A DNA stretch of 64,000 nt from an uncultured Gemella sp. Lineage in GTDB: Bacteria > Bacillota > Bacilli > Staphylococcales > Gemellaceae. Of the stretch, positions 62,523 through 64,000 are shown piece by piece (the first letter of the stretch is position 1; every line of letters begins with the position of its first letter). The stretch is taken from positions 4,863 to 68,862 of the forward strand of contig CAUSUW010000002.1 of the NCBI GenBank assembly GCA_963535095.1, read 5' to 3'. The position numbers and the translations under genes are program-made. The notes below the pieces were generated by a model. That model saw only the letters and a list, made by a program, of their open reading frames with translations. It did no database searches and was not told where the DNA came from.

Positions 62523-63200
62523 ATGAGATTATTATTAGCCGAGGATGAAAAAGATTTAGCAGATGCGCTAGAGGCGATGCTAAAACATAATAATTACTCA
62601 GTTGATGTAGTAAACAATGGACAAGATGCATTAGATTATCTTATGTTAGATGACTATGATGGGGCAATTTTAGATGTTATGATGCCACAAATGGATGGAG
62701 TAACAGTAGTAAAAAAATTAAGAGAAAATAAAAAAAGTACACCAGTATTATTGCTTACAGCAAAATCAGAAATTGAAGATAAAGTATATGGATTAGATAG
62801 TGGAGCTGATGATTACATGACTAAACCTTTTGTAACGAGAGAGTTATTAGCAAGGGTACGTTCTATGACAAGAAGACAAGCCACATTTACAAGTAATGTA
62901 CTAGAATTAGGAAATGTAAGTTTAAGTAAACATACATTTGAGTTATCTACAGAAAAAGATAAAGTAAGATTATCTAATAAAGAATATCAAATGATGGAAA
63001 TGTTAATGAGAAATCCAGGGAATGTAATTCAAACTGAGCAATTTTTAGAAAGAATCTGGGGATATGACAGTGATTCAGAAATTAATGTAGTGTGGGTTAA
63101 TATTTCGTATTTAAGAAAGAAATTAAAAGCATTAGACGCTAATGTACACATTAAAGCTACAAGAAATGTCGGATATACATTGGAGATGTCAGATGTTTAA
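62523..63200 (+). CDS. OmpR-family response regulator
   Basis: LAEDE, LDVMMP, GADDYMTKPF, wHTH. Confidence 0.93.
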   Translation: MRLLLAEDEKDLADALEAMLKHNNYSVDVVNNGQDALDYLMLDDYDGAILDVMMPQMDGVTVVKKLRENKKSTPVLLLTAKSEIEDKVYGLDSGADDYMTKPFVTRELLARVRSMTRRQATFTSNVLELGNVSLSKHTFELSTEKDKVRLSNKEYQMMEMLMRNPGNVIQTEQFLERIWGYDSDSEINVVWVNISYLRKKLKALDANVHIKATRNVGYTLEMSDV

Positions 63201-64000
63201 AAGTCTAAGGAGAAAATTTATAGCCACGGCTGTAGGTAGTGTAGCTGTAGTAATAGCAATACTCGCTATAGCATTAAACTTCATAAACTTTTATAAATTA
63301 GAAGAAAGAATAGACACAACATTATTAGATGCTTCCAAATCACAAGCATTGATGAAAATCTTTGCAGAAGAGGGTGATGATTTAGTAATAACAAAAAATT
63401 CATCAAGTTCTACAGAGTATAACGGTTTTTCGATTGCTAAGATTGATAATAATGGCAGAATAATTAAAGCTTATAGAGACGATTCTTTAATACCAGACCA
63501 AGATGCTCTGCAAAGTAAAGTGATTGAGGCGTTAGAAAAAGGAAAAACTAGCGGGTTTATAGGCAGTTATAGATTTATAAAAGTTGATACAAGTGTAGGA
63601 AATTTAATATTATTTTTAAATTGTCAACGAGAATTAGATTCTTATGAATCTTTTGTACAAAATAGTATTTTAATTTCTATTGGAGTAATAATATCAGTGC
63701 TTGTTTTAATTATTCTTGTTTCTAAGAGGGTTATCGCGCCGATACAGGATACTTATATAAAGCAAAAACAATTCATAACAGGAGCTAGTCATGAGTTAAA
63801 AACACCGTTAGCTATTATTAGTTCTAATGCTGATGTATTAGAGATGATGAATGGTGATTCAAAATGGACGCAAAATATACATAATCAAGTAGATAGATTG
63901 TCTAGTTTAGTTAATAGCTTAGTAGTATTTAGTCGTATGGAAGAAAAAGATACAGTAGAAAGAACTCACTTTGACTTAACTGAGGCATTGAAATTAAGAA
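63193..64000 (+). CDS. Sensor histidine kinase, truncated by window end (not in ORF track)
   Basis: MFKSLRRKFIATAVG... two TMs and FITGASHELKTPLAII; overlaps regulator stop. Confidence 0.9.
   Translation, partial: MFKSLRRKFIATAVGSVAVVIAILAIALNFINFYKLEERIDTTLLDASKSQALMKIFAEEGDDLVITKNSSSSTEYNGFSIAKIDNNGRIIKAYRDDSLIPDQDALQSKVIEALEKGKTSGFIGSYRFIKVDTSVGNLILFLNCQRELDSYESFVQNSILISIGVIISVLVLIILVSKRVIAPIQDTYIKQKQFITGASHELKTPLAIISSNADVLEMMNGDSKWTQNIHNQVDRLSSLVNSLVVFSRMEEKDTVERTHFDLTEALKLR

Overview
AT-rich Firmicute chromosome window; gene content and sequence style suggest Gemella, which is an inference. Most of it is housekeeping: duplicated beta-hydroxyacid dehydrogenases, menA, yceD-rpmF, a YjhC/NanY-like oxidoreductase, asd-thrB-thrC/hom/aspartokinase, mutM, rnmV-rsmA, a Trp-type ABC transporter with a leader-peptide attenuator, a two-component system with tandem PepSY genes, upp-atpBEFHAGDC, two LPXTG amidases, an e(P4) phosphatase, a GDPD, a sucrose PTS operon, an ArsM-like methyltransferase with an in-frame TGA and SECIS-like hairpin, and a second two-component system. 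A ~12.5 kb phage satellite (PICI-like: int, divergent repressors, xis, primase-helicase, iteron ori) is integrated at the 3' end of mutM (~16047-28562). It has no recognisable terminase or capsid gene. Its non-coding right end (27248-28093) carries 12 different ~36-45 bp units, most being a tandem 10-mer plus a shared AAAnnnTATATAG-like tail. In one frame each unit reads like the same short segment of a different phage small-terminase (terS) gene, the gene that holds the pac site in several model pac phages, and a cos-like sequence sits in the middle of the array. I interpret this as a multi-phage packaging-signal library (or TerS decoy array), accompanied by a scaffold-mimic protein and a Ppi-like protein. 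That interpretation is inference and needs testing.
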